Positions 8,545 through 17,317 of a stretch of DNA of 64,000 nucleotides are shown here, one piece after another; the stretch's first letter is position 1; every line of letters starts with the position of its first letter. Under the pieces are notes generated by a model that was given only the letters and a program-made list of their open reading frames with translations, did not search any database and had not been told where the DNA came from. The translations under genes were made by a program, and so were the position numbers. Location of the stretch: contig JANNQI010000013.1 of assembly GCA_031400695.1 (NCBI GenBank), positions 188-64,187 on the forward strand, written 5' to 3'. Origin of the DNA: Sphingomonadales bacterium (GTDB lineage: Bacteria; Pseudomonadota; Alphaproteobacteria; Sphingomonadales; Sphingomonadaceae).

Positions 8545-8916
8545 CTAGCGCGCGCGCCCGAATCTCTCGGCCACAACCGCCAGCGCCAGCGACACCGCGA
8601 TTACCGTCACCCCAAGCGGGACCGACGCCGATTTGCTATAGGCCAAGACCCATCCCCAGTTGATGATCGACGCCACAGCGCAGGTCCACAATACCGGCCG
8701 CGCCCAGCCTTTCAGCAGCGCGAGACCGATGCTGCCGATTACGCCCGAAAATACCGCGATGGCAAACGCTGCGGTCACCCAGGACGGCATGATCTCGCTG
8801 CCCTCCGGCACCGCTTCTGCGCCCAGAACGCCGACATGCGCCAGATAGGCCTGCACGCCGACCAGATTGAACAATGCCCCGACCGCGCCGATGGCCCTCA
8901 CCAATTTACTGTTCAT
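8545..8916 (-). CDS. Small polytopic membrane protein
   Basis: ATG at 8916 follows gggaggg. N-terminus MNSKLVRAIGAVGALFNLVGVQAYL..., with four hydrophobic helices. Confidence 0.6.
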   Translation of the reverse strand: MNSKLVRAIGAVGALFNLVGVQAYLAHVGVLGAEAVPEGSEIMPSWVTAAFAIAVFSGVIGSIGLALLKGWARPVLWTCAVASIINWGWVLAYSKSASVPLGVTVIAVSLALAVVAERFGRAR

Positions 8917-9165
8917 TGTCTCACCCTCCCATGGTTCGAGCCGACAATATATCATCGTTTTGCGCCATCGTGAACAAAAGCCTTTCCTACAATGTTCTGT
9001 AGATGCCTGGGTGGCGGAATGACACATGACCCGCCAAGCTCCCTCGATTCCGCCTTGCGCGACGAACGCGTCCCGCGCGTTTTGACTTAAAGCGACAAAG
9101 GATACAGTTTTGGTACCTGCGGCGGTATCGTTTGAATCTTTAAGCCGTGTTTGGAAGCGAAATAT

Positions 9166-9507
9166 ATGAACGAACAGATCTTCAAAGCCACCATCATCGC
9201 CGCCGCAGCGGTATTCACCGCATTGTTCGCCTACTGGTGCATACCGCCCTTAATCGCCAATCCCGACATCATCGGGGCGCTCGCCGCCGGGTTCGTCAAT
9301 CCTTATTCCAGCGGCTATTCCGCCGATGTTCTGGCGTGCTGGGTCATATTGTCGGCGTGGATTGTCTATGAGCGCCGCACGCTTGGTGTCCGGCATGGGC
9401 TTTGGTGCATCGCGCTCGGTGCCATTCCCGGCGTTGCTGTGGGCTTTGCCGCTTATCTGTTGCTACGCGGTCGGCAGTTGCGCATTAAGAAGGAAATTGT
9501 AGTGTAA
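9166..9507 (+). CDS. Small membrane protein (DUF2834-like)
   Basis: MNEQIFKATIIAAAAVFTALFAYWCIPPLI... with 4 TM helices. The family assignment is from memory only. Confidence 0.55.
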   Translation: MNEQIFKATIIAAAAVFTALFAYWCIPPLIANPDIIGALAAGFVNPYSSGYSADVLACWVILSAWIVYERRTLGVRHGLWCIALGAIPGVAVGFAAYLLLRGRQLRIKKEIVV

Positions 9508-9541
9508 CTTGGTCCGCACGCGGAAATAGGGGTGAATTTTC

Positions 9542-11044
9542 ATGCAACGACTGACCAAGGCGTTCGTGCTCGCCGCCATCGCATTCGCGACCACTGCCGT
9601 GCATGCGCAAGACGCGCCGCAGCCCGATGTCGCCACCGCCGAAGCCGTCCGCCTGATTGATGCCTGGGCCGATGCAGCGCAGGCTTATGGCCGCTGGCCT
9701 GCGCTTTCCATCGCCATCGGGGTCGGTGACAGGCAAGTCTGGTCGAGCGGCTACGGCTATCTCGACGCCGCGCGCAAAATTCCCGCCGATGGCAAGACGA
9801 TTTATTCGATCTGCTCCATCTCCAAGTTGTTCACATCGGTCGCGGTGATGCAGCAATGGGAGGCGGGCAAGTTGCGCCTCGACGAGCCCATCACCACCTA
9901 TTTGCCGTGGGCGAAGCTCCAGCCCGACGGCCGCGATTCGGTTCCGGTCACCTTGCGCGCCTTGCTCAGCCATTCCGCAGGCGTGCCGCGTGATGGGCGC
10001 ACCGGATACTGGACTGGACCCGATTTTCCGTTCCCGGGCCAAGACGAACTCAAGGCCGATTATGCCAGCGCCAACCCGCTCTATCCGGTCGGCCGCGTCT
10101 ACCAATATAGCAATATCGGCCTGACACTTGCGGGGAATGCGGCGGTCGCGGTTTCGGGGCAGAAGTTCGAAACGCTGGTGCAAGAGAACGTGCTCACTCC
10201 GCTTGGCTTGAGCGATACGCGCCCCACTTTCCCGATCGACCAGCTCGGCAAACGGCTTGCGGTCGGCTGGGGTCCGCTCGACCGCGACGGGCAGCGCAAG
10301 CAGCTGAAACCGTTCGATACCAAGGCCATCGTGCCTGCCGCCGGTTTTTCCAGCACTGCAGAGGATCTGGTGAAGTTCGGACTATGGCAGGTCAACCTGT
10401 TGAAACAAGAAACCGTGCCGGTGACCCCCGGCGTCCTGCGCCCGAGCACCTTACGCGAAATGCAGCGGGTTCAGTTCAGCGACGACGTGCGCAAGGGCAG
10501 TTTCGGGCTCGGCTTCGTGGTCGAGAAGGAAGGCGGCAAGACCTATGTCGGGCATGATGGCAGTTGCCCGGGATATAAAAGCGTTCTGCTCGTACGGTCC
10601 GACAGCGAAACCGTGGTCTCGGCATTGACTACAGACAGCGACTCGATCTGGAACGCGGGCGTACAGATCCACAAATTGCTCGACGCGCGCCGTGGCCATG
10701 CGTTCATGGGCACGCCGCCAGCAATCATTCCGCTCGAGGATTATTCCGGGCGTTATCTCGACAATGTCTGGACCAACGAGACGGTGATTTTGCCTTGGAA
10801 CGGCGGCCTCGTGATGCTCGATTTGCCGACCAGCCGTCCGTCCGATAATCTCAGTTTCCTCAAACCGTTCGCTCCTGACCGTTTCCGCGCGATCGCCGAC
10901 GATGGCAGCGAAATGCACGAAGTGACCTTCCGGCGCGATGCTACAGGCAAAGTGCTTTCTTATGAATATCACCACAACCGCACCGACCGCGTAAGCGGAC
11001 CCGCCGCCGAAGACCGCCGCAAGGCAGGCGCAAAAATAAGATGA
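9542..11044 (+). CDS. Beta-lactamase-related serine hydrolase (secreted)
   Basis: Signal peptide, then the S-x-x-K motif in YSICSISKLFTSVAVM. 500 aa. Confidence 0.8.
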   Translation: MQRLTKAFVLAAIAFATTAVHAQDAPQPDVATAEAVRLIDAWADAAQAYGRWPALSIAIGVGDRQVWSSGYGYLDAARKIPADGKTIYSICSISKLFTSVAVMQQWEAGKLRLDEPITTYLPWAKLQPDGRDSVPVTLRALLSHSAGVPRDGRTGYWTGPDFPFPGQDELKADYASANPLYPVGRVYQYSNIGLTLAGNAAVAVSGQKFETLVQENVLTPLGLSDTRPTFPIDQLGKRLAVGWGPLDRDGQRKQLKPFDTKAIVPAAGFSSTAEDLVKFGLWQVNLLKQETVPVTPGVLRPSTLREMQRVQFSDDVRKGSFGLGFVVEKEGGKTYVGHDGSCPGYKSVLLVRSDSETVVSALTTDSDSIWNAGVQIHKLLDARRGHAFMGTPPAIIPLEDYSGRYLDNVWTNETVILPWNGGLVMLDLPTSRPSDNLSFLKPFAPDRFRAIADDGSEMHEVTFRRDATGKVLSYEYHHNRTDRVSGPAAEDRRKAGAKIR

Positions 11045-11084
11045 TTGCGCCTGAACCCAACATCCCTATGAATGGTCCACTGAT

Positions 11085-11378
11085 ATGACCATAAAAACAA
11101 AAAGCCCGAACTGGTTCGGCATCGGTATGGACGCATGGGCGCTTGCCGCTGAATCGAACATGGTAATCGCGCAGCGCATGGCTGCACTGACTTTCGGCGG
11201 ACCTGCTGCCTTGAAAGAGGCGGAACGGATGGTGTCGGAAAAGGTCGCGGCGAACGTGACGCTTGGTTTCGACCTGATGACCGGCAAGCTTGGCGCCAGC
11301 CCCGAAGCAATCGCCAGTAACAGCATCGCGCATTATTCCCGCCGCGTCCGTGCCAACGGACGGCGATTGGCGAAGTGA
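11085..11378 (+). CDS. Conserved hypothetical helical protein
   Basis: 97-aa ORF. Its stop overlaps the next start (GTGA). Confidence 0.5.
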   Translation: MTIKTKSPNWFGIGMDAWALAAESNMVIAQRMAALTFGGPAALKEAERMVSEKVAANVTLGFDLMTGKLGASPEAIASNSIAHYSRRVRANGRRLAK

Positions 11379-11566
11379 CCCGGCTGGCGCTGACCCAGAT
11401 GGTCTATGCGTCAAAGCCCTTCGGGTTCAACGCCGCTGCGCTCGATGACATATTGACCGTCTCGCGTTTCAACAATACGCGCGATGGCATAACCGGCGCG
11501 ATCACTTCCGCAACGCCTGCACAGAAATTGGCGATGTTCGAGCTATTGGCGGCAGAAGCCGTTTAA
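11375..11566 (+). CDS. BLUF-domain N-terminal fragment (probably truncated or pseudogenised)
   Basis: LTQMVYASKPFGFNAAALDDILTVSRFNNTRDGITGA resembles the first half of a BLUF photoreceptor domain. The ORF ends after 63 aa. Confidence 0.4.
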   Translation: MTRLALTQMVYASKPFGFNAAALDDILTVSRFNNTRDGITGAITSATPAQKLAMFELLAAEAV

Positions 11567-11882
11567 TAGTTGCCATTTCCGGCATCACGCTGCCGCGCTT
11601 TGCTCCGCTTTTTCGATAACAGGACGCCGCCGAAAATGACGAGCGCCGCCATCACGGCAATAAGCGAATAGGCGATGATCAATCTTGTTTCCACGTTGCG
11701 GCTCCGGTTGCGGCTTACCCAATACTGGCTCGGTGCGCGTGCCGCCCATACACGCATTGGCGCAGGCAGTTGCATTCATAATGGCCGGTCCGGTGGATTT
11801 GTTCCCCAACCACCCATTTGGGCGATAGACGGGAGCGAGGCGAAGCGCATATCATGTGCTTCAGATTGATAGGAGTAGCGAT

Positions 11883-12260
11883 ATGGCAAATGTTATTGGC
11901 CTCGGTGGCCTGTTTTTCAAATCAGCGGATCCGGCAGCGACCAATGAATGGTATGGCCGAGTGTTGGGCATCGCTGTCGAGCCGTGGGGTATCGTATTCA
12001 CCCCCGAAGCCGCCGCCGCACATCCCGGGGCGGCGACGGTATTTTCGGCTTTTAAAGCCGATACCGACTATTTTGCGCCTTCAGACAAGGAATTCATGTT
12101 TAACCTGATGGTCGATGATCTGGATGGCATCCTCGCCCGCTGCGCCGAACATGGCGTAGAGCCGGTGAGGACCTTCCCCGATGAAGCCAATGGCCGCTTT
12201 GCCCATATCATCGACCCCGAAGGCCGCAAAATTGAGCTTTGGGAGCCGAAGCCCATGTAA
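11883..12260 (+). CDS. VOC/glyoxalase-family protein
   Basis: MANVIGLGGLFFKSADPAATNEWYGRVLG ... RFAHIIDPEGRKIELWEP. Confidence 0.75.
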   Translation: MANVIGLGGLFFKSADPAATNEWYGRVLGIAVEPWGIVFTPEAAAAHPGAATVFSAFKADTDYFAPSDKEFMFNLMVDDLDGILARCAEHGVEPVRTFPDEANGRFAHIIDPEGRKIELWEPKPM

Positions 12261-12331
12261 AGCGGGCCGATGGAGCGAGGGAACACAGAACGCCGATGGG
12301 TGTTAATTCGGACATATCACCGGAGACCCCA

Positions 12332-12808
12332 ATGACTGATATTTTTTCGATCCTGAAATCGGACCATGACTTGCACCGCAAGATGCTAACGAAAATCGCC
12401 GAAACCAAGGGCGATACGCCCGAACGCCGTGAGCATTTTGAAGCTTTCCGTGTCGAGGTGACGGCGCATGCGGCCGCCGAGGAGCAATCGCTCTACGCCA
12501 CGATGTTGGCCGATCCCGCATTGCAGGAAGACGGCCGCCATTCGGTCGCCGAGCATAAGGAAATCGATGACATGCTGGGCGAGTTGCAGGAAACCGATAT
12601 GGCATCGGGCGCATGGCTCAACAAGTTCAAGGAAATGCGTCACCGTTACGAACATCATATCGAGGAGGAGGAAGAAGAAATGTTCCCGGCCGCGCAAGAG
12701 GAGTTCAGCAAGGCGCTTGCCAACGAACTGGGCTCTAAATTCGACCGCCGCAAGCCAGCCGAACTCGAAGTCGCAGAAGCCAGCGATAACGGCGGTGATA
12801 AGGAATAA
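12332..12808 (+). CDS. Hemerythrin-domain protein
   Basis: His/Glu-rich helical repeats (DHDLHRKML, HAAAEEQ, EHKEID, YEHHIEEEE). ATG at 12332. Confidence 0.7.
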   Translation: MTDIFSILKSDHDLHRKMLTKIAETKGDTPERREHFEAFRVEVTAHAAAEEQSLYATMLADPALQEDGRHSVAEHKEIDDMLGELQETDMASGAWLNKFKEMRHRYEHHIEEEEEEMFPAAQEEFSKALANELGSKFDRRKPAELEVAEASDNGGDKE

Positions 12809-13004
12809 CGCACGGGATACGCCTTCCGGTTTGCTAAAGCTGTGGAAAAGGCGTAAGAGGACGAATGCACTCGTCGACCGCGACGGAATTTGAAGGCGCG
12901 TTTCGGACGAAAAGACGGGGCGCGCAAACTTTTCCTACCACGACTTGGCTACCCGCATGGCGCTGTTGCCGTGCGGCAACCTGTTTCGTGAAAGGAACAT
13001 CATT

Positions 13005-13214
13005 ATGCCAGTAGGCACCGTAAAATTCTTCAATGCCGACAAAGGCTATGGCTTTATTGCACCCGATGGCGGCGGCGATGACAGCTTCGTCCACATCTCG
13101 GCGGTCCAGGCCGCAGGCATGCACTCGCTCGATAAAGAGCAGCGCGTGAACTATGAAGTCGAAATCGGCCGTAACGGCAAGGCTTCGGCAATCAACCTGT
13201 CATCGGCAGATTGA
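13005..13214 (+). CDS. Cold-shock protein (CspA family)
   Basis: GTVKFFNADKGYGFI (RNP1) and SFVHISAV (RNP2). Confidence 0.9.
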   Translation: MPVGTVKFFNADKGYGFIAPDGGGDDSFVHISAVQAAGMHSLDKEQRVNYEVEIGRNGKASAINLSSAD

Positions 13215-13226
13215 GCTAAAAGATTT

Positions 13227-13258
13227 GGGGGCCGCAGCGATGTGGCCCCTTACTCATT
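13227..13258 (+). terminator. Hairpin after csp gene
   Basis: ggggcc(13228-13233)/ggcccc(13244-13249), 10-nt loop, followed by ttactcatt. Confidence 0.45.
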
Positions 13259-13479
13259 AAGTACTTCGGCGCTCGTGCAAACGGCGATCACCTTTGCGGC
13301 GCTCTGGCCCACTATAACCGGGTTCGGTTGCCCCGCGGCGATCAGTATCTCGCCGGTCGCCTTCGTTGCCTCTTTTATCCTGCTCGTCAGGCATAAGTTA
13401 CCCCATAGTTAAAGTCATGTTACCTTAAGTGACAAGGATTAATATATCCTAAGGCATAGGAAATCGAGCGTGACCGCCG

Positions 13480-13977
13480 TCACGCCATTTTTTCCGCCAA
13501 TATCCAGGCCCAGACCGCGATCGTGGCAATGCCACCAGCGAATGTTGCAATGACCGATTGGCGAAGCAGGCGGCTCTGGGCATCGATCGACGCTATGAAT
13601 GCGGCGAACAGCCGCTGGCGCAAGCCTTTGTCATCACCGTCGAGCCCTTCGCTGTCAAATTCCTCACCGAGCAGCAGCGCCCGCAGGCATAAGGCGCTCG
13701 AAACGATGAGCGGCATGATGCCGATTAAACTGGCGATGGTCAGAATAGGCTGCGTCGCTGCATCGAGACTGAGCGGAGCGCCCGGGCTTGCGGATATAGG
13801 ATGCGTCCCGATCGTCACCATCAAAGCGTTAAATGCCAGCATCCCGCCGATCCGCACCGACAGATCAAGGTCGCGATTCTCCAGAAATTCGAGATCTGCG
13901 ATAAATCCCGCATCGGGCGGTGAATCTCGCATTACCTGAAAAGCGCGCAGCCGTGCGCGGAACGATCGCTTGGTCAT
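13480..13977 (-). CDS. Membrane protein, unknown function
   Basis: 165-aa ORF starting at MTKRSF. It has three hydrophobic helices. Confidence 0.6.
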   Translation of the reverse strand: MTKRSFRARLRAFQVMRDSPPDAGFIADLEFLENRDLDLSVRIGGMLAFNALMVTIGTHPISASPGAPLSLDAATQPILTIASLIGIMPLIVSSALCLRALLLGEEFDSEGLDGDDKGLRQRLFAAFIASIDAQSRLLRQSVIATFAGGIATIAVWAWILAEKMA

Positions 13978-14019
13978 GTGGCAAGCGATAACCCCGCCAG
14001 TGCTGGGTGGCAATCGGCG

Positions 14020-14316
14020 CTAGTCGAACAATTCTTCGAGAAACGATTTCTTGCGCTTCTTGTAAGGATTCCCGTGGGCATATCCCTCGGGATGACGGCT
14101 GAAATCGGGCGGTACATATTGTGGCTGAGCCGGAGATGCAGCGCGCGTTTGAGGTGCGGTTTCAGACGCACTGCGCTCAAGTATCTTGTCCAGTTCGCCC
14201 CGGTCGAGCCATACGCCGCGGCATTGCGGGCAATAATCGATTTCGACACCTTGGCGGTCACTCATAACCAATGCAACCTTGCACACGGGGCAGGGCATTC
14301 CAACAGCAGTATTCAT
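14020..14316 (-). CDS. TFIIB-type zinc-ribbon protein
   Basis: CPVCK...CPQCRGVWLDRGELDKI, with a basic C-terminal tail. Confidence 0.75.
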   Translation of the reverse strand: MNTAVGMPCPVCKVALVMSDRQGVEIDYCPQCRGVWLDRGELDKILERSASETAPQTRAASPAQPQYVPPDFSRHPEGYAHGNPYKKRKKSFLEELFD

Positions 14317-14456
14317 CTCGGTCGCTCCTTCAAAACATTGAATGAACGGTCCGACATCGCCATTGTTTCAGCAATAAAAGCTGTTGCAACAACCAGAGGG
14401 GCCCGGCCCGTTTGATTGAATTGGGAAACCGGGACCTGATTTTCAAGCCTTGCAGC

Positions 14457-14609
14457 TTAGTTACGGATTGCCGGTATTATCCATGCCAGCGAGAGGACAG
14501 CTATCGCAAGGAATAGCGATATTCCCAAAACATAGCGAACGCCCTGATTTTTGACGCCCGCGCTTGCTTCTTCTTCGGTTACGTCGATGTGGTCGCCGTG
14601 TTTTTCCAT
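14457..14609 (-). CDS. Possible 50-aa single-TM protein (below the ORF-track cutoff)
   Basis: Read by eye from the minus strand: ggag, then an 8-nt spacer, then ATG. MEKHGDHIDVTEEEASAGVKNQGVRYVLGISLFLAIAVLSLAWIIPAIRN*. Confidence 0.35.
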   Translation of the reverse strand: MEKHGDHIDVTEEEASAGVKNQGVRYVLGISLFLAIAVLSLAWIIPAIRN

Positions 14610-14665
14610 CGTTTAAACTCCTCAAAACCGAATAACCGGCATCATGCGCCATCGTTCCTGCGATG

Positions 14666-15058
14666 TTAAGTGCTTTTGCGAAAAGGCCAGTTGGTAACGT
14701 TGCCGACCCACAACGCCATCCAGATTAGCACGGGCTGGAATACAAGGCGCGGGCCATGATACCACCATCCCAAGTCGCGTCCGCCGATTGCGATATCTCC
14801 CAGCGCATGATTGAAATTGGCCGGCCATACGCACAACGCGTACAGCGCCAGACCAATTCCCGCCGCGCGCCTGACTTGGGGGATAAACAGACCGATTGCG
14901 CCTGCAATTTCGGCAATACCGGTGAAGGCAACTACCTCCGGCGCGAAGGGCACCCAGGCCGGTGTAATTTGGAGGAAACCCTCTGGCGACTTCAGATGCA
15001 AGACACCCGCACCGAAATAGAAAATCGCCAATATTATCCGCAGGATTTTTTTGACCAT
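14666..15058 (-). CDS. DoxX-like membrane protein
   Basis: MVKKILRIILAIFYFGAGVLHL...FTGIAEIAGAIGLF... Only the last 130 codons of the 261-aa track ORF are considered real. Confidence 0.7.
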   Translation of the reverse strand: MVKKILRIILAIFYFGAGVLHLKSPEGFLQITPAWVPFAPEVVAFTGIAEIAGAIGLFIPQVRRAAGIGLALYALCVWPANFNHALGDIAIGGRDLGWWYHGPRLVFQPVLIWMALWVGNVTNWPFRKST

Positions 15059-15136
15059 ATCGCAGTTGTCGCGCAACAGGTTGCAATTTGCAACCATGTC
15101 AGTAAGCTTTTTGACCATAAGAGCGGAGAGACGAAT

Positions 15137-16654
15137 ATGGTGCAGGCGGAAACAACCGTTGATGTTTTGATCGTGGGTGCGGGTTTGTCCGGAATTGGAG
15201 CCGCCGCGCATCTGACGATGCAGTGCCCCGATAAAAGCTATGCGATTTTGGAGCAGCGTGCCGATATCGGCGGGACATGGGATTTGTACCGCTATCCGGG
15301 GATTCGCTTTGATACCGATGTGTATACAATGGGTTATCGATTCAAGCCTTGGCGCAACAAGAAAAATCTCGCCGAAGGGGCCGATGTCCGCGCCTATATC
15401 TGCGAAACCGCCGATGAATATGGTATCGCCGCAAAAATTCGTTTCGGACACCGCGTAATTTCAGCCGACTGGTCGAGTGCTGACGGCTGTTGGACCGTCA
15501 TGGTTAAATGCGATTCAGATGACGACACCGTTACGTTCAAGGCCAACTTCCTATATTTGGCAGCGGGCTATTATGATTATGACGCGGGCTATCGCCCCGA
15601 ATTTCCCGGCGAGAAGGATTTCGCCGGACAGATTGTCCATCCGCAGCATTGGCCAGAAGGTCTTGACTATTCAGGCAAGACGGTGGTGGTCATTGGCTCG
15701 GGCGCGACCGCAATTACCCTGGTTCCAGCGATGGCCGAGACCGCCAAAAAAGTCGTGATGCTGCAGCGCACACCGACCTATTTATATCCGGTCCCGCAAA
15801 CCAGCCCGCTGGACACGTGGCTGCGAAAGTTCATGCCGGCGAGTGCAGCCCATGCAATAACCCGTCACTGGAACATCCGAGTGCAGCGCTTCGCATTCAG
15901 GATGTCGCGTCGAAATCCGGACCGAATGAAGCAGCGATTGCTAAAATGGACGCGCGAAAGGCTGCCCGCCGACTACCCGACATTTGAAAAGGATTTCGTT
16001 CCGCCATACAATCCTTGGGAACAAAGGGCGTGCGCGGTACCGGAGGATGATATTTACAAAGCTATAGCAAGCGGGAAAGCCGAAATTGCGACCGACTATA
16101 TCGATCACCTTACGCCAAAGGGGATAATGCTGAAATCAGGGCGCGAGCTTGAAGCCGATATCATCGTCACAGCGACCGGGTTTAAGCTTGTGACGTTGGG
16201 CAAGATGGCGATGCGCGTTGACGGCGAACCGACACGGATGTCTGAACATTATTACTACAAAGGGGCAATGTTCAGCGACATTCCGAATATGGTCAGCATA
16301 TTCGGCTACGTAAATGCCAGCTGGACGCTGAAATCGGATATTGTCGCCGACTATGTCTGCCGCTTGCTGAAGGTGATGGACGCAAAGGGCGCAAAGATCG
16401 CCAACCCGAAACTTGGCAAGACGGATATGCCGCGGATGCCCTTTGTAGGGGAGTTCTCATCGGGTTATCTCGCGCGCGCCGCCGATAATCTTCCGGTGAA
16501 TGGCGACCGCCACCCCTGGCGCGTTCTGCAGCATTACGCAGCCGAGAAAAAGATACTGACAAAGGACCCGGTCGACGATGGCGTGATGGTGTTTTCGGGA
16601 CCGACGGCGGTAGCGAAAGCCGAGCCCGTTGAAACGCTGATAGCGGCGGAGTAG
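15137..16654 (+). CDS. Flavin-containing (Baeyer-Villiger-type) monooxygenase
   Basis: FAD motif VGAGLSGIGAA, BVMO fingerprint FAGQIVHPQHWP, and NADPH motif VIGSGATAI. Confidence 0.85.
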   Translation: MVQAETTVDVLIVGAGLSGIGAAAHLTMQCPDKSYAILEQRADIGGTWDLYRYPGIRFDTDVYTMGYRFKPWRNKKNLAEGADVRAYICETADEYGIAAKIRFGHRVISADWSSADGCWTVMVKCDSDDDTVTFKANFLYLAAGYYDYDAGYRPEFPGEKDFAGQIVHPQHWPEGLDYSGKTVVVIGSGATAITLVPAMAETAKKVVMLQRTPTYLYPVPQTSPLDTWLRKFMPASAAHAITRHWNIRVQRFAFRMSRRNPDRMKQRLLKWTRERLPADYPTFEKDFVPPYNPWEQRACAVPEDDIYKAIASGKAEIATDYIDHLTPKGIMLKSGRELEADIIVTATGFKLVTLGKMAMRVDGEPTRMSEHYYYKGAMFSDIPNMVSIFGYVNASWTLKSDIVADYVCRLLKVMDAKGAKIANPKLGKTDMPRMPFVGEFSSGYLARAADNLPVNGDRHPWRVLQHYAAEKKILTKDPVDDGVMVFSGPTAVAKAEPVETLIAAE

Positions 16655-17269
16655 CTAGATATCGGTATCCCGAACCGTCGCGGCTACACGCCGTGTTTCG
16701 AAAACAGGATCGGGCGCAATGATGTGCGTGCGGCGTTTTACGACCCATATTAACAGTGCGAGGCCGAGCAGCGCCATGACCGCCATGCCGCCCATGAACC
16801 AGCCGGTAAACATCCGCATCTGCGCAGCGTGGGCCAGCAATTCCGGCGGCTTGTCGGCGGCATTCACGTCCCAATATTCAATCTCGAACTTGCCATTTTC
16901 GGGCCGGTACATGCGGATTTCGGAGCTTATCCATTGCTTGCCGTCCTTTGTTGCAAAAGTCAGGTTGACCTCGTTCTCGTTCGGGCCGAGCAACTCGGCC
17001 TTGGGCTGGTAAATCGCGGGCACCAGCGGCGGTGATTTTTTAAGCAGCGCCGACATTTCGGTAAACTGGATGCGGCTATCGTCGACAAAGGTTTCCGACA
17101 TGAATTTCTCGGCCGCAGCCTGATCGCCACGCTTCACCGCTGCCAAAAACGGCGTCGTCACGGATGCAACATCCTCGGGCAACGGCACCTCGTTCACTGG
17201 CGCACGGTTGCAGGCGGAAAGGCCGAAGACCGACAGCGCCACGGCCAGAACAAGAAAAATACGTGGCAT
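16655..17269 (-). CDS. Lipoprotein with C-terminal TM helix
   Basis: MPRIFLVLAVALSVFGLSAC lipobox. C-terminal WFMGGMAVMALLGLALLIWVV. The rest of the 688-aa track ORF is antisense to the peptidase gene. Confidence 0.7.
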   Translation of the reverse strand: MPRIFLVLAVALSVFGLSACNRAPVNEVPLPEDVASVTTPFLAAVKRGDQAAAEKFMSETFVDDSRIQFTEMSALLKKSPPLVPAIYQPKAELLGPNENEVNLTFATKDGKQWISSEIRMYRPENGKFEIEYWDVNAADKPPELLAHAAQMRMFTGWFMGGMAVMALLGLALLIWVVKRRTHIIAPDPVFETRRVAATVRDTDI

Positions 17270-17317
17270 TTCTGAAATATCTCCCGTTTCGGCCCGATTG
17301 CCGCTATCGCAGCCTTC

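Noticed and set aside
3475-9080. Chromosomal integron / attC cassette array (CALIN) interpretation of the repeat-punctuated cassettes
   Set aside because: The repeats show no attC-like imperfect palindrome (no R''/L''-L'/R' symmetry, no GTTRRRY core). They translate into a conserved DUF2726 C-terminal peptide. Copies differ by synonymous codons, which indicates descent from coding paralogues. No intI gene is in the window. The cassette-like layout is kept as a finding but not called an integron.
11563-11775. Small hydrophobic minus-strand ORF overlapping the end of the BLUF fragment
   Set aside because: Only a 43-codon GTG-initiated version contains a TM helix. There is no RBS and it overlaps other features. 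Support is insufficient.
13257-13394. 45-codon Arg/Asp-rich minus-strand ORF (MPDEQDKRGNEGDRRDTDRRG...) between csp and the membrane gene
   Set aside because: It is in frame and intact, but very short, with a weak RBS and no recognisable family. I cannot support it without conservation data.
13480-13977. Membrane protein with a topology loosely resembling the candidate Pycsar effector (two TM helices, soluble linker, C-terminal TM helix)
   Set aside because: It has no adjacent cyclase and host-like GC. I can see no sequence-level similarity to 2230-2733, so the resemblance is only topological.
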